From an uncultured Acidimicrobiaceae bacterium (GTDB lineage Bacteria; Actinomycetota; Acidimicrobiia; Acidimicrobiales; Aldehydirespiratoraceae), in contig CAJWHS010000005.1 in assembly GCA_913041415.1 (NCBI GenBank), positions 218 through 64,217 of the forward strand: a stretch of DNA of 64,000 nucleotides. The letters are read 5' to 3'. Made by a program: the position numbers and the translations under genes. Every line of letters begins with the position of its first letter. The stretch's first letter is position 1. Below the pieces are notes generated by a model that was not told the DNA's origin, did not search any database, and saw only the letters and a list, made by a program, of their open reading frames with translations. Of this stretch, positions 23,435 through 32,755 are shown in pieces.

Positions 23435-24988
23435 TCAGGCATCTTCCGGATTCAATTCCTCGAGTTCGGCACCCGCCGTCTCCGGGAATCGGGTGAGTAC
23501 CAGGAGGGCGACGAGGAGTGGGCCGATGCCGAGCAGGGCGATCGCTGGCGCAATCGCGTCCCACTGGTCGGAGAGCCAACCGACACTCACGAGTCCGATT
23601 GCGCTGCCGATCACACCAGCGGTGACGATCAGGGCGTTGGCGCGGCCTCGATCATGAGTGCCGAAGAGTTCGGGGCCGTAGACCGCCATCGCCGGAACAC
23701 CGACGGCACCGATGACATTTCCGGCAAGCCTGGCCGCCCACATGGCGGGACCGGCGAAAACGAACGAGAGCGTTGTGCCCGTGACGCCGGTGATGATTCC
23801 GAGCGCCGCTGTTTTGCGGCGACCCCATGTCTCGGACAGATGCCCGCCGATCAACACTCCGATCCCGATTGGCGTGGCGGTCACGAGTGTGAAGACCGTG
23901 ATGTCGGCGCCGCTGAAGCCGCGCTCATCACGTAGGAATTCGTTGTGAAACCCGCTCGCCGGGGCAGCGAAGAGGGCAAGCAGCAGCAGACTCGTGCCGA
24001 GAAGGCCGAAACGGATCCGACGTCGCTCTCGGTCGGTGTCGCTCAGGACGATCTGCTCCTCGGCATGTTCGGCAAAACGCCGGGTTTCCGGCAGGCGCCG
24101 CCACGCCCACACGATGACGACGATGCCGAGGGACGAGAGAAGGTAAATCGCTCGCCAGCCTCGGATTGAGAGGTCGGCGAGGGGCAAAACCCACACCGCC
24201 ATACCGGAACCGAGACCGGCGCTCATGGTGAGCACAGACGCAGCCCACGCACGACTGCGGGCCGGCATTTCCTCCACCGCCATGATCGCGATGAGGATGC
24301 CGAGCGCGGTTGAGAGGCCCCGGGCAAAAAGCTGGGTGCCGCCGAGCGAGACCAGACCGGGGGAGAGCCCCCCGAGGAAGGTGAGCACGCAGCTCGACAC
24401 GCCGGTGAACAGCAACAGCGGCCGTCGGCCGCGGCGATCGGCGAGGAACGACATGATCAAGGTGACGAGCACCCCGAATCGCACGATGCCGAACACGACG
24501 CCCTGGGCGGTGTTGCCCCGCCCGAACTCGTCGATCGCGAACGAAAGCGTCTGGGTGAGGACGGTGCCGAGATAGCCATCGACGATCTGCACGGCGCACA
24601 GCAGGCCGAGGGTTGATGCGGCGTGCGCTGACAGGCGATCTGGTGGTGCCCACCAGTACGAGAACTGTTCCTGACGGTTGGCGATCGCTCGCCGTATGGG
24701 CCAGGCGAAGAGCCAGCCCCACACGGGGATCCCGAGCCGGTAAGTCGTCGTCTCGACGACGTCGTTGCGTCCGTCAGGCCGGGCGGTGGCGTTGATCGTG
24801 CGTCGATACGAGCGGAACGGACCCTCCTCGAGACTCCATTCGTCGGTGCCGGTCGCTCGTTCGGCGACGACGTCGACCCGCGGCTCCCGCCGTTCGGCGA
24901 GCTCGGTATCGGTGCACTCAAGATGCGTTCGGACGACGGTCACGAACTCTGATGCTACGGCCCGTATCCTGGCGCCCGATGGAGTCAC
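23435..24988 (-). CDS. MFS transporter with ~115-aa N-terminal extension
   Basis: 517-aa ORF. The 12-TM MFS core begins near residue 120 and includes the loop motif LADRRGRRPLL. The start is uncertain because the annotated 5' end overlaps the divergent hlyIII ORF. Confidence 0.8.
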   Translation of the reverse strand: MTPSGARIRAVASEFVTVVRTHLECTDTELAERREPRVDVVAERATGTDEWSLEEGPFRSYRRTINATARPDGRNDVVETTTYRLGIPVWGWLFAWPIRRAIANRQEQFSYWWAPPDRLSAHAASTLGLLCAVQIVDGYLGTVLTQTLSFAIDEFGRGNTAQGVVFGIVRFGVLVTLIMSFLADRRGRRPLLLFTGVSSCVLTFLGGLSPGLVSLGGTQLFARGLSTALGILIAIMAVEEMPARSRAWAASVLTMSAGLGSGMAVWVLPLADLSIRGWRAIYLLSSLGIVVIVWAWRRLPETRRFAEHAEEQIVLSDTDRERRRIRFGLLGTSLLLLALFAAPASGFHNEFLRDERGFSGADITVFTLVTATPIGIGVLIGGHLSETWGRRKTAALGIITGVTGTTLSFVFAGPAMWAARLAGNVIGAVGVPAMAVYGPELFGTHDRGRANALIVTAGVIGSAIGLVSVGWLSDQWDAIAPAIALLGIGPLLVALLVLTRFPETAGAELEELNPEDA

Positions 24989-25683
24989 CCAACCTGCTGG
25001 ATGATCCTCGGGCTGAGCACCTGTCCGCTGCCGCCCGGCGCTTGCTTCGTCGTCCCCGCCCGCGTTATCGCGGCGTGCTTCATCGCTGGGCGGCTTCGGC
25101 CTGCGTCCCGATCGGAATCTGGGCAGTGATCGTTGCCGACGGCACCATGGCCTCGATCGCCATGTCGGTTTTTGCGGCCGGTGCGCTCTTGATGTTGGGG
25201 GCCAGTGCGATTACCCATTCCCGCGATTGGCCGATCGAATGGGTTGAGATGCTGGTGCGACTCGATCACTCAGCGATCTTCGTCATGTTCGCCACGTCGG
25301 CCACACCGATCGCCCTCATGGTGATGGACGGCAACCGCAGCGTCACCCTCCTCGTGTTCGCCTGGACGGGGGCCACCGCGGGAGTGGTGCTCGAGTATCT
25401 GCCGTTCCACCCTCCTCGCGGGCTGGTGAACTCGATCTTCTTGACCTTCGGCGCCGGATTCCTGCTCTTCTTGCCGTGGCTCATCGACGGACTCAGTGGC
25501 CCGCAGCTATGGCTGCTGTTGGGTGGTGCGCTGCCCTATGTGATCGGGGCCCTCATCGTCGGGTCACAGTGGCCGGATCCGTGGACCGACGTGTTCGGCT
25601 ATCACGAGATCTGGCACGTCCTGGTGGTGCTCTCCGCCGGTCTCCACTACTGGCTGGTGATGGATGTCACCGGCGTGGTCTGA
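24979..25683 (+). CDS. hemolysin III / PAQR family membrane protein
   Basis: 7-TM ORF with the C-terminal signature FGYHEIWHVLVVLSAGLHYW. I preferred ATG 24979 to 24952 to reduce overlap with the divergent MFS gene. Confidence 0.8.
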   Translation: MESPNLLDDPRAEHLSAAARRLLRRPRPRYRGVLHRWAASACVPIGIWAVIVADGTMASIAMSVFAAGALLMLGASAITHSRDWPIEWVEMLVRLDHSAIFVMFATSATPIALMVMDGNRSVTLLVFAWTGATAGVVLEYLPFHPPRGLVNSIFLTFGAGFLLFLPWLIDGLSGPQLWLLLGGALPYVIGALIVGSQWPDPWTDVFGYHEIWHVLVVLSAGLHYWLVMDVTGVV

Positions 25684-25707
25684 GCGCTCGGCGCATCGGC
25701 GCCGGGT

Positions 25708-26502
25708 TCACATCGTGAAGGTACGGGGCCAGTCGTCGGTGCGGATCACCGCGTCGCTGCCGCCGTCGACAAATATGACCGAGCCACAGGCGAACCGGGC
25801 CGCAGGGGAGAGCATGAACATGATCCAGGCGGCGATGTCGTCGGGTTCGGCACGACCGGTGGGCACGGGTAGCTGAGAGGTCAGCGGACCGAAGGTCGGG
25901 TCGTCGTCACCGCCCTTGAGCAGTGGGGTCTGCACTGCGCCCGGTGCGATCACGTTGAGACGGATGTCTTGCCCAACCCACTCCTCGGTGATCGACGCCC
26001 GACGGCACCAACGGGTGATGGCGGTCTTGCTCGCCCCGTAGGCGATGGCAGAGTTGAAGGGTGCCCCCGCTTCGGTGAGTATGCCGTCGATCGCGGCCCG
26101 GTCATGATCGAGGAAGGCGTCGACGAGTTCATCGGGGAGGTTGGGGGTGAGCGTGGTGGAGTTCGAGCCGATCTGGACGACTGAGGCCGCCTCGGACGCG
26201 GCGAGGGCCGGGCGCAGCCCGTCGATCAGTGCTTCGCTGCCGAAGTAGTTGACCTCTGCGATCAGATGGGCGTCGACTGGGGGCCCGAGGCCGGCGCCGG
26301 GGACGAGTCCGTCGAGTACGCCGTCGCATCGGTCGAGCACCGCCTCGACGGCGATCGCTCGCCCCTGATCGGTTGAGAGGTCGGCGGTGACTTCGGCATC
26401 GCGAAGGTCGATGCCGATGACGGTGTCGCCGGCCGCTTCGAGCATTGCTCGGGTTGCGGCACCGATCCCTGATGCCGATCCGCTGATCGCGATGGTGCGC
26501 AT
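25708..26502 (-). CDS. short-chain dehydrogenase/reductase
   Basis: 264-aa ORF with Rossmann motif ISGSASGIGAAT and catalytic YGASKTAI. Confidence 0.85.
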   Translation of the reverse strand: MRTIAISGSASGIGAATRAMLEAAGDTVIGIDLRDAEVTADLSTDQGRAIAVEAVLDRCDGVLDGLVPGAGLGPPVDAHLIAEVNYFGSEALIDGLRPALAASEAASVVQIGSNSTTLTPNLPDELVDAFLDHDRAAIDGILTEAGAPFNSAIAYGASKTAITRWCRRASITEEWVGQDIRLNVIAPGAVQTPLLKGGDDDPTFGPLTSQLPVPTGRAEPDDIAAWIMFMLSPAARFACGSVIFVDGGSDAVIRTDDWPRTFTM

Positions 26503-26561
26503 TGGCTGAATCCCCCTTGGTGCAGTGCACGATGATCGTCCCGGTGGGCCAGACTGGGCAA

Positions 26562-27272
26562 ATGGATCACACCATCCGTCTCGATCGGGCCCGCCAGGAC
26601 GGTGAGCGCATCATCACGCTGTGCACGGCGAACATGGAGGCACCGGTTCCCTCGTGCCCCGACTGGGACGGTGCCGGGCTGCTCAGCCACCTCACTCGGG
26701 TATGGCACATGCTCGCGATCATCGTCGACGAGCGGCGTGAAGGGTTCCCTGGCCGGGACGACTTCCCGCCACGTCCCGCTGAAGGGGAGGAGGCCGCCGG
26801 TGCGCAGGCCGCACTCGATCGGGTGATCGCCGCCATGGCCGCGGTGGAGCCGGGCACGTCGATGTGGTCGTGGGGCGCGACCCAGTCGATCGACTACTTC
26901 CATCGTCGCCTTCACCTCGAGAATCTCGTACACCGCGTCGACGCCGAACAGATAACCGGCATCTCGAGCGAGATCGACACTGATGAAGCGACCGATGCCG
27001 TCGCCGAACACTTCGAGGAATTCGTGCATCGTCGCCCCGAGCGCCCATCAGGGTCGTTCCACATCCATCGCACCGATGGTGACGGCGAGTGGACCGCGAA
27101 GGTCAAGGACGACCGCATCGTCATCACCGAAGAACACGCCAAGGGTGATGCAGCGGTGAAGGGCACCGGCCCGGAACTTATGCTTGCCATGTTGGGCCGG
27201 GCTCCGGTCGACTCGCTGCAGGTCTTCGGTGAGGCATCCCTCGTCGAGGAGTGGTTCGCTCTTTGTCGATGA
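26562..27272 (+). CDS. DinB/MDMPI-N-like mycothiol-dependent-enzyme family protein (TIGR03083-like)
   Basis: I chose the internal ATG at 26562. N-terminal pattern ...APVPSCPDWDGAGLLSHLTRVWHM... and an SCP2-like tail GTGPELMLAMLGRAPVDSLQVFGE. Confidence 0.65.
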   Translation: MDHTIRLDRARQDGERIITLCTANMEAPVPSCPDWDGAGLLSHLTRVWHMLAIIVDERREGFPGRDDFPPRPAEGEEAAGAQAALDRVIAAMAAVEPGTSMWSWGATQSIDYFHRRLHLENLVHRVDAEQITGISSEIDTDEATDAVAEHFEEFVHRRPERPSGSFHIHRTDGDGEWTAKVKDDRIVITEEHAKGDAAVKGTGPELMLAMLGRAPVDSLQVFGEASLVEEWFALCR

Positions 27273-27937
27273 GCGACGATCGCCCAACCCCCACGGGCCT
27301 CACCGGAGGTTCGAACCTCGACCAGATGATGCCGGTCGTGCTGTTCTTCGTCCTTTTCAACACGGTCGGCATCATCTGGGCCGTGATTGCCGCCACCGCC
27401 TGGTCGATCAAGGCGGCGGTCGGCCGCCGCAACCGCGGTCTCGCGATCGGTTGGTGGCTCCCGAGCGTCACGACCTATCTGCTCGCCCGGGCCGCCGTCA
27501 CCATCGCCGCCGACCGTGAGCTCATCGATTTCGGTATCAGCACCGAAGCGCTGTACTTCGGCATTGGATTCGCGACGAAGTTCCTGATCGGCATCGCTGT
27601 GGCCATCACCATCCTCATTGGTAAGCCGCTGCTCTCCTGGGCGACCCCCAAGGCGGTCCGACTCCCGCAGGAACTGCTCGTCGACCGCCGCTACACCCGG
27701 ACGATGGCCAACGCCTCGTGGGTGATCGTGTTCTACGAGATCCTTTCGGCGATTTGGGATGTCTGGCTGTTCAACAACTCGGGATTCAACCTGTTCTTCC
27801 TCGCCCGGAGCGGCACCAACTTCATGTTTGCTTTCATCTGCATCACCGGCACGTTGATGTACGTCGATCGCAAGCTCGAACCCATCGAGAGCTACCCAGG
27901 CCTGGAGAAGATGCTCGAGAATGTAGGTCGCTCGTGA
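27269..27937 (+). CDS. integral membrane protein (DUF3159-like)
   Basis: The ATG at 27269 overlaps the previous stop (ATGA). Six predicted TM segments. The family assignment is from memory of actinobacterial DUF3159 proteins. Confidence 0.6.
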   Translation: MSDDRPTPTGLTGGSNLDQMMPVVLFFVLFNTVGIIWAVIAATAWSIKAAVGRRNRGLAIGWWLPSVTTYLLARAAVTIAADRELIDFGISTEALYFGIGFATKFLIGIAVAITILIGKPLLSWATPKAVRLPQELLVDRRYTRTMANASWVIVFYEILSAIWDVWLFNNSGFNLFFLARSGTNFMFAFICITGTLMYVDRKLEPIESYPGLEKMLENVGRS

Positions 27938-29316
27938 CGCATGGGCCGCTCGTCGTCCTGCACGATCATCTCGACGGTGGAGTCCGTCCCTCGACCGTGC
28001 TCGACCTCTGTCACGCGGTCGGTGTTGCCACACCGGCCGACGATGCTGCGGCGCTTGGGGAGTGGATGACCATCACGCCGGGGATGGAACTCGTCGATGC
28101 ATTCTCCAGGTTCGATCTGGTCAACGCCGGCCTGCAGACTGCGGACGCGCTTCGCCGGGTCGCACGTGAAGGGGTCGAGGATCTTGCAGCCGACGGGGTG
28201 ATCCACGCCGAATTCCGGTTTGCTCCGCTGTTGCACACCGTCGCCGGGATGGCTCCCGCCGAGGCGATCGCCGCCGTCAGCGCCGGTCTCGACGAGGCCC
28301 ATCGAACCACCGGGCTTGACGCCCGCACCATTGCGGTGATGATGCGCGACCAGCCGCTCGACATTTCGATGCAGGTTGTCGACGCCGCGATCGCCGCCGA
28401 TGGTCGCGTCGTTGGGGTGGACGTGGCCGGTATCGAGCCCGGCTTCCCGGCCGAACTGCACCGCCCTGCCGTTGAGCGCGCAGCCGAGGCCGGACTCGGC
28501 GTGACGATCCACGCCGGCGAGATGGACGGTCCGCACCAGATCGCGAGCGCGCTGACGTGTGAGCCTTCCCGTATCGGGCACGGCTGGCGCATCATCGACG
28601 ACTGCACCGTCGAGAACGGTCGCATCACTGCGCTCGGCGATACCGCCGCCGCCCTGCGGGCCTCCGACGCACACCTTGAGGTGTGCTTGACCTCCAATGC
28701 CTGTCTCGGTCAGTCGGTTGCCGAACATCCGGTGCGGATGCTCGCCGATGCCGGCTTCCGTGTCGGCCTCAACCCCGACGACCGAACGATCACCACCACC
28801 ACATCACGCCGTGAGTTCGAACTCGCCCGCGATCTGCTCGGCATGACCGATGTCGAACTCGCGGCGATGAGTGAGCGAGCCGCCGTTGCGGCCTTCCTGC
28901 CCGACGCCGACCGGGCTGCGCTCGTCGAACGGGTCCGAACCGGCTGGGACATTGCAGTGCCCCGCCTTGTCCATCTCGCTGAGCGCAAGGTGTGGGAGTC
29001 GTGCCGCACCTCTGGCGTCTATCTGCCGACCGAGTTCGGTCGCGATGGCTTCATCCATCTCTCGGGCTTGCATCAGGCGCTCACCCCGGCCAACCGCTTC
29101 TACGCCGGTCGTCGCGATCTCGTCGCACTCGTCGTCGACGCTCACCTGATCTCGAATGCCCTCGTGTGGGAGCCCGGCATCGGCACCCAGGAGTACTTCC
29201 CGCACCTGTTCGGCGCGCTCGGAGCTGATGCGGTGCTGGCTGAGATCCCATTTGCACCGGAGACCGACGGATCCTTCATGTTGCCGCCCGACCTCGTGAA
29301 GGCTGTGAGGCGCTGA
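27934..29316 (+). CDS. add: adenosine deaminase fused to a C-terminal DUF952 domain
   Basis: The GTG at 27934 overlaps the previous stop (GTGA). Add motifs: LHDHLDGG, IHAGE and LNPDD. The last ~118 aa (LVHLAERKVWE...GFIHLS...ANRFYAG...FPHLFGAL) match the DUF952 pattern. It is one uninterrupted ORF. Confidence 0.85.
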   Translation: MTHGPLVVLHDHLDGGVRPSTVLDLCHAVGVATPADDAAALGEWMTITPGMELVDAFSRFDLVNAGLQTADALRRVAREGVEDLAADGVIHAEFRFAPLLHTVAGMAPAEAIAAVSAGLDEAHRTTGLDARTIAVMMRDQPLDISMQVVDAAIAADGRVVGVDVAGIEPGFPAELHRPAVERAAEAGLGVTIHAGEMDGPHQIASALTCEPSRIGHGWRIIDDCTVENGRITALGDTAAALRASDAHLEVCLTSNACLGQSVAEHPVRMLADAGFRVGLNPDDRTITTTTSRREFELARDLLGMTDVELAAMSERAAVAAFLPDADRAALVERVRTGWDIAVPRLVHLAERKVWESCRTSGVYLPTEFGRDGFIHLSGLHQALTPANRFYAGRRDLVALVVDAHLISNALVWEPGIGTQEYFPHLFGALGADAVLAEIPFAPETDGSFMLPPDLVKAVRR

Positions 29317-29317
29317 G

Positions 29318-30163
29318 TCAGCTCTCGGTCTCGCCCAGGATCGGCGCCATCGGATCGACCCCGAACTCTCGGAGCATCTCGCCGTAGTCGGCGCCTCGGC
29401 GAAGGTTCTGGCCACCATCGACAGCGATGTTCTGGCCGGTGAGCCATGCCGACTCCGGGCCGACCAAGAAGCGGACCATCTCGGCGATGTCGCTCGGGTC
29501 GCCGATGCGGCCGAGTGGGATCAAGGGCATGTAGTCGTCGAGCAACTTGCCGCCACCGGTGATCGGTGTCATAAGTTCGGTGCCGACAATGCCGGGCTGG
29601 ATGGAGTTGACCCGGACGCCGAACTCGCCCATTTCGTCGGCGGCGATGCGGCAGAGGTGGTCGAGCCCGGCTTTCGCGGCCCCATAGGCGCCGAGGCAGC
29701 GGAACGGGTCGGAGCCAGCATGCGACGAGCAGCCAATGATCGAGCCGCCGTGCTCCTGGCGGGCCATCTGGGTGCCGCCATGTTTGATGCACAAGAAGGT
29801 GCCGATGTAGTTGAGCTCCATCGTTGAGCGGATCGTCTCGACGTCGCTGGTGGCGAGGGGGCCGACACCCGTTGACCCGCCCGCGCAGGCGAAGAGACCG
29901 TCGAGCCGCCCGGTCAGTTCGGAAGCGGCGGCCACGACGGACTGGATCGATGCCTCATCGGTGACATCGGCGACCATGTGGGCGACGGTCGTGCCGTCGG
30001 TGGCGTCCGCCTTGATGCGTTCGACTGCGGCGATGAGCTTTTCCTCGGTGCGTCCGCAGATCATCACGTTGGCTCCGTCGGCGGCGAGCTTTGCGGCCGC
30101 TGCCTCACCGATGCCGCTGCCGCCACCCGTCACGAGCACCGAATAGCCTTTGATGGAACCCAT
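29318..30163 (-). CDS. short-chain dehydrogenase/reductase
   Basis: I chose the internal ATG at 30163. VTGGGSGIGEAAA and catalytic YGAAKAGL. Confidence 0.85.
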   Translation of the reverse strand: MGSIKGYSVLVTGGGSGIGEAAAAKLAADGANVMICGRTEEKLIAAVERIKADATDGTTVAHMVADVTDEASIQSVVAAASELTGRLDGLFACAGGSTGVGPLATSDVETIRSTMELNYIGTFLCIKHGGTQMARQEHGGSIIGCSSHAGSDPFRCLGAYGAAKAGLDHLCRIAADEMGEFGVRVNSIQPGIVGTELMTPITGGGKLLDDYMPLIPLGRIGDPSDIAEMVRFLVGPESAWLTGQNIAVDGGQNLRRGADYGEMLREFGVDPMAPILGETES

Positions 30164-30286
30164 GTCTGACCCCTTCCCCAGAACCGATTCGACACTAGTT
30201 TCGCAGCGCAACGACAACTGCATCGCTCCGCACGTCGAAGGTGACGCTGCAGCTTTCGTGCCGCAGTGTCTGTGTTGTCTGGGCGG

Positions 30287-32755
30287 TCAGCGGCGGCGGA
30301 CGGCCACGGGGATCACGACCGCTCGCTCTTCCTCGTCCGAGGCAGCGAGGTCGACCTCGGCATCGAGCACCCATTCGTTGAACCCGGCCGGGTCACACAA
30401 CGTCTGGGTGGCAAAGCCGGTGTCGAGATCGATCTCGCACCACTGCGCCGCCCGAGCGTCGGCATCGATGTGGATGTGGTCGTGCTCGTCCCAGTACGCC
30501 GCCATATCATCAGCGAGCTCGCCCTCGCGGCGGTGGGCGAGCTCGGTGACGACGCGGAACATCTCGTTGCGAACGAGCACCGTGAACGCCCGCTTGTTGG
30601 CGGTGAACGATGCGAGTGGGGGAGCTTCCACCGGTGCGTCGTCCTCGTCGGGGTTGCGGAGCTTCTCCCACTCGTCGAGCAGACTCGAATCGACCCGGCG
30701 AATCATCTCGCCGAGCCACTCGGTGAGATCGTCGAACTCCTCGGACTCGACGTCGACCGGCACGGTCTGCACCATGGCCTTGTAACAGTCGGTGAGGTAG
30801 CGCAGCACGGCACCCTCGCTGCGCTTTAGGCCATAGCGAGCGATGTACTGGTTGAATGTCTCGGCGTGCTCGAGCATGTCGCGCACGACCGACTTCGGCT
30901 GGACTCGGTCGCGCCCGACCCACGGGTGATGCCGGGCGAAGACCTCGAACGCCGGCGCGAGGAAGTCGGCCTCGGGTTTGGGCCAGGTGACCTGTTCGAG
31001 TTGCTCCATGCGCTGCTCGTACTCGACGCCGTTGCGCTTGAGTTCGGAGACCAGCGTCTCCTTGGCCTTGTCGAGTTGGGCGAGCAGGATGACCATCGGG
31101 TTGTCGAGGACGGACTCGATGACACTCAGCAACTGCCAGGCGAAGTCGGGTGCTTCCCGATCGAGGGCGTCGATCGCTTCGAGCGCGAACAGCGACAGTG
31201 GTTGGTTGAGCCGGAAATCGTCCTGCAGGTCGAGATTGATGCGGACCGGACGACCCTTCTCGTCGGGTTCGTCGAGGGCCTCGAGCACCTCGGCTTCGAT
31301 CAGCGAGCGGTAGACGGCGATCGAGCGGCGGATGTGGCGGCGCTGGTTCTTGCGGGTCTCGTGGTTGTCGACGAGCAGGTTGCGCATCGCTGCGCAGCCG
31401 TCGCCGGGTCGATCGAGCACGTTGAGCATCATGGCGTGGCTCACCGCGAAACTGCTGTGGAGTGTCTCGGGCCGGCCCTCGCTGAGCCGAGCGAGGGTGT
31501 CGCCGTCCCAGTGGGCGTAGCCGCGCTCCGGCGGCTTGCGCTTGACCAGCTTCTTCTTCTTTTTGAGATCGGTAGCGGCCTTGGCCTCGGCCTTTTTGTT
31601 CTCGACCACGTGTTCGGGGGCCTGCACGACTACCGAGCCGGCGGTGTCGAAACCGCGGCGACCGGCCCGTCCGGCGATCTGCTGGAACTCCCGCACTGAC
31701 AGCACTCGGACCCGGCGGCCGTCGTACTTGCAGAGCTGGGTGAAGAGCACCGTGCGAATCGGGACGTTTACGCCCACGCCGAGCGTGTCGGTGCCACAAA
31801 TCAGCTTTAGCAGGCCCTGCTGGGCGAGCTTCTCGACAAGCAGGCGGTACTTCGGTAGGAGCCCGGCATGGTGCACCCCGATGCCGGCGAGCACGAAACG
31901 CTTGAGGTCTTTGCCGACGGGCGTGTCGAAGCGGAACCCGCCGACGGCGGCTTTCACTGCCTCCTTTTCGTCCTTGGAGAGTACGTCGAGGCTGGTGAGG
32001 CTCTGCGCCCGCGAGCTCGCCTCTTTCTGGGTGAAGTGCACGATGTAGATGGGTTGCCTGCCGTCGTCGAGCAGGTCGCTGATCGTTTCAAGGAGCGTGG
32101 TCTCGCGGTAATCGAAATCGAGTGGCACGGGCCGTTCGGCGCCCGAGACGAGCACGGTCTCGCGTGCCGTCCGCCGGCTCAGGTCTTCCTGGAGCCCGGC
32201 GGTATCGCCGAGGGTGGCCGACATCAGCAAGAAGTTCGGGCGACGAAGTTCGAGCAATGGCACCTGCCAAGCCCACCCTCGATCACGGTCGCCGTAGTAG
32301 TGGAACTCATCCATCACGACGAGGTCGACGTCCACGTCAGCGCCCTCGCGCAGGGATCGGTTGGCGAGGATCTCGGCGGTGCAGACGATCACGGGTGCAT
32401 CGCTGTTGACGGCGGCGTCGCCGGTGACCATGCCGACGTTGTCGGCCCCGAGCGCAGCGACCATCTCGAAGAACTTCTCGCTTACCAGCGCCTTGATGGG
32501 CGCCGTGTAGACCGCGCGCTTTCCTAGGGCGACCATCGCGAACGCACCGGCAAACGCAACCATCGACTTCCCGGATCCGGTGGGTGTGGCGAGCACGACA
32601 TTGTCGCCACCGAAAATCGAGATGATCGCTTCCTCCTGGTGCGGATAGAGCTCAAGGCCGCGACCTTCTGCCCATTCGAGGAAGGCGAACAGCAGGGTGT
32701 CGGGGGAGGTGTCGTCGGGGATGTGATCGAGCAGCGACGATTCAGGTGAAGGCAA
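30287..32755 (-). CDS. DEAD/DEAH-box (Ski2-like) helicase with C-terminal DUF3516-type region
   Basis: 822-aa ORF with motif I ATPTGSGKS, motif II DEFH, motif III SAT, a helicase C domain, and a long C-terminal region typical of actinobacterial DUF3516 helicases. Confidence 0.9.
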   Translation of the reverse strand: MPSPESSLLDHIPDDTSPDTLLFAFLEWAEGRGLELYPHQEEAIISIFGGDNVVLATPTGSGKSMVAFAGAFAMVALGKRAVYTAPIKALVSEKFFEMVAALGADNVGMVTGDAAVNSDAPVIVCTAEILANRSLREGADVDVDLVVMDEFHYYGDRDRGWAWQVPLLELRRPNFLLMSATLGDTAGLQEDLSRRTARETVLVSGAERPVPLDFDYRETTLLETISDLLDDGRQPIYIVHFTQKEASSRAQSLTSLDVLSKDEKEAVKAAVGGFRFDTPVGKDLKRFVLAGIGVHHAGLLPKYRLLVEKLAQQGLLKLICGTDTLGVGVNVPIRTVLFTQLCKYDGRRVRVLSVREFQQIAGRAGRRGFDTAGSVVVQAPEHVVENKKAEAKAATDLKKKKKLVKRKPPERGYAHWDGDTLARLSEGRPETLHSSFAVSHAMMLNVLDRPGDGCAAMRNLLVDNHETRKNQRRHIRRSIAVYRSLIEAEVLEALDEPDEKGRPVRINLDLQDDFRLNQPLSLFALEAIDALDREAPDFAWQLLSVIESVLDNPMVILLAQLDKAKETLVSELKRNGVEYEQRMEQLEQVTWPKPEADFLAPAFEVFARHHPWVGRDRVQPKSVVRDMLEHAETFNQYIARYGLKRSEGAVLRYLTDCYKAMVQTVPVDVESEEFDDLTEWLGEMIRRVDSSLLDEWEKLRNPDEDDAPVEAPPLASFTANKRAFTVLVRNEMFRVVTELAHRREGELADDMAAYWDEHDHIHIDADARAAQWCEIDLDTGFATQTLCDPAGFNEWVLDAEVDLAASDEEERAVVIPVAVRRR

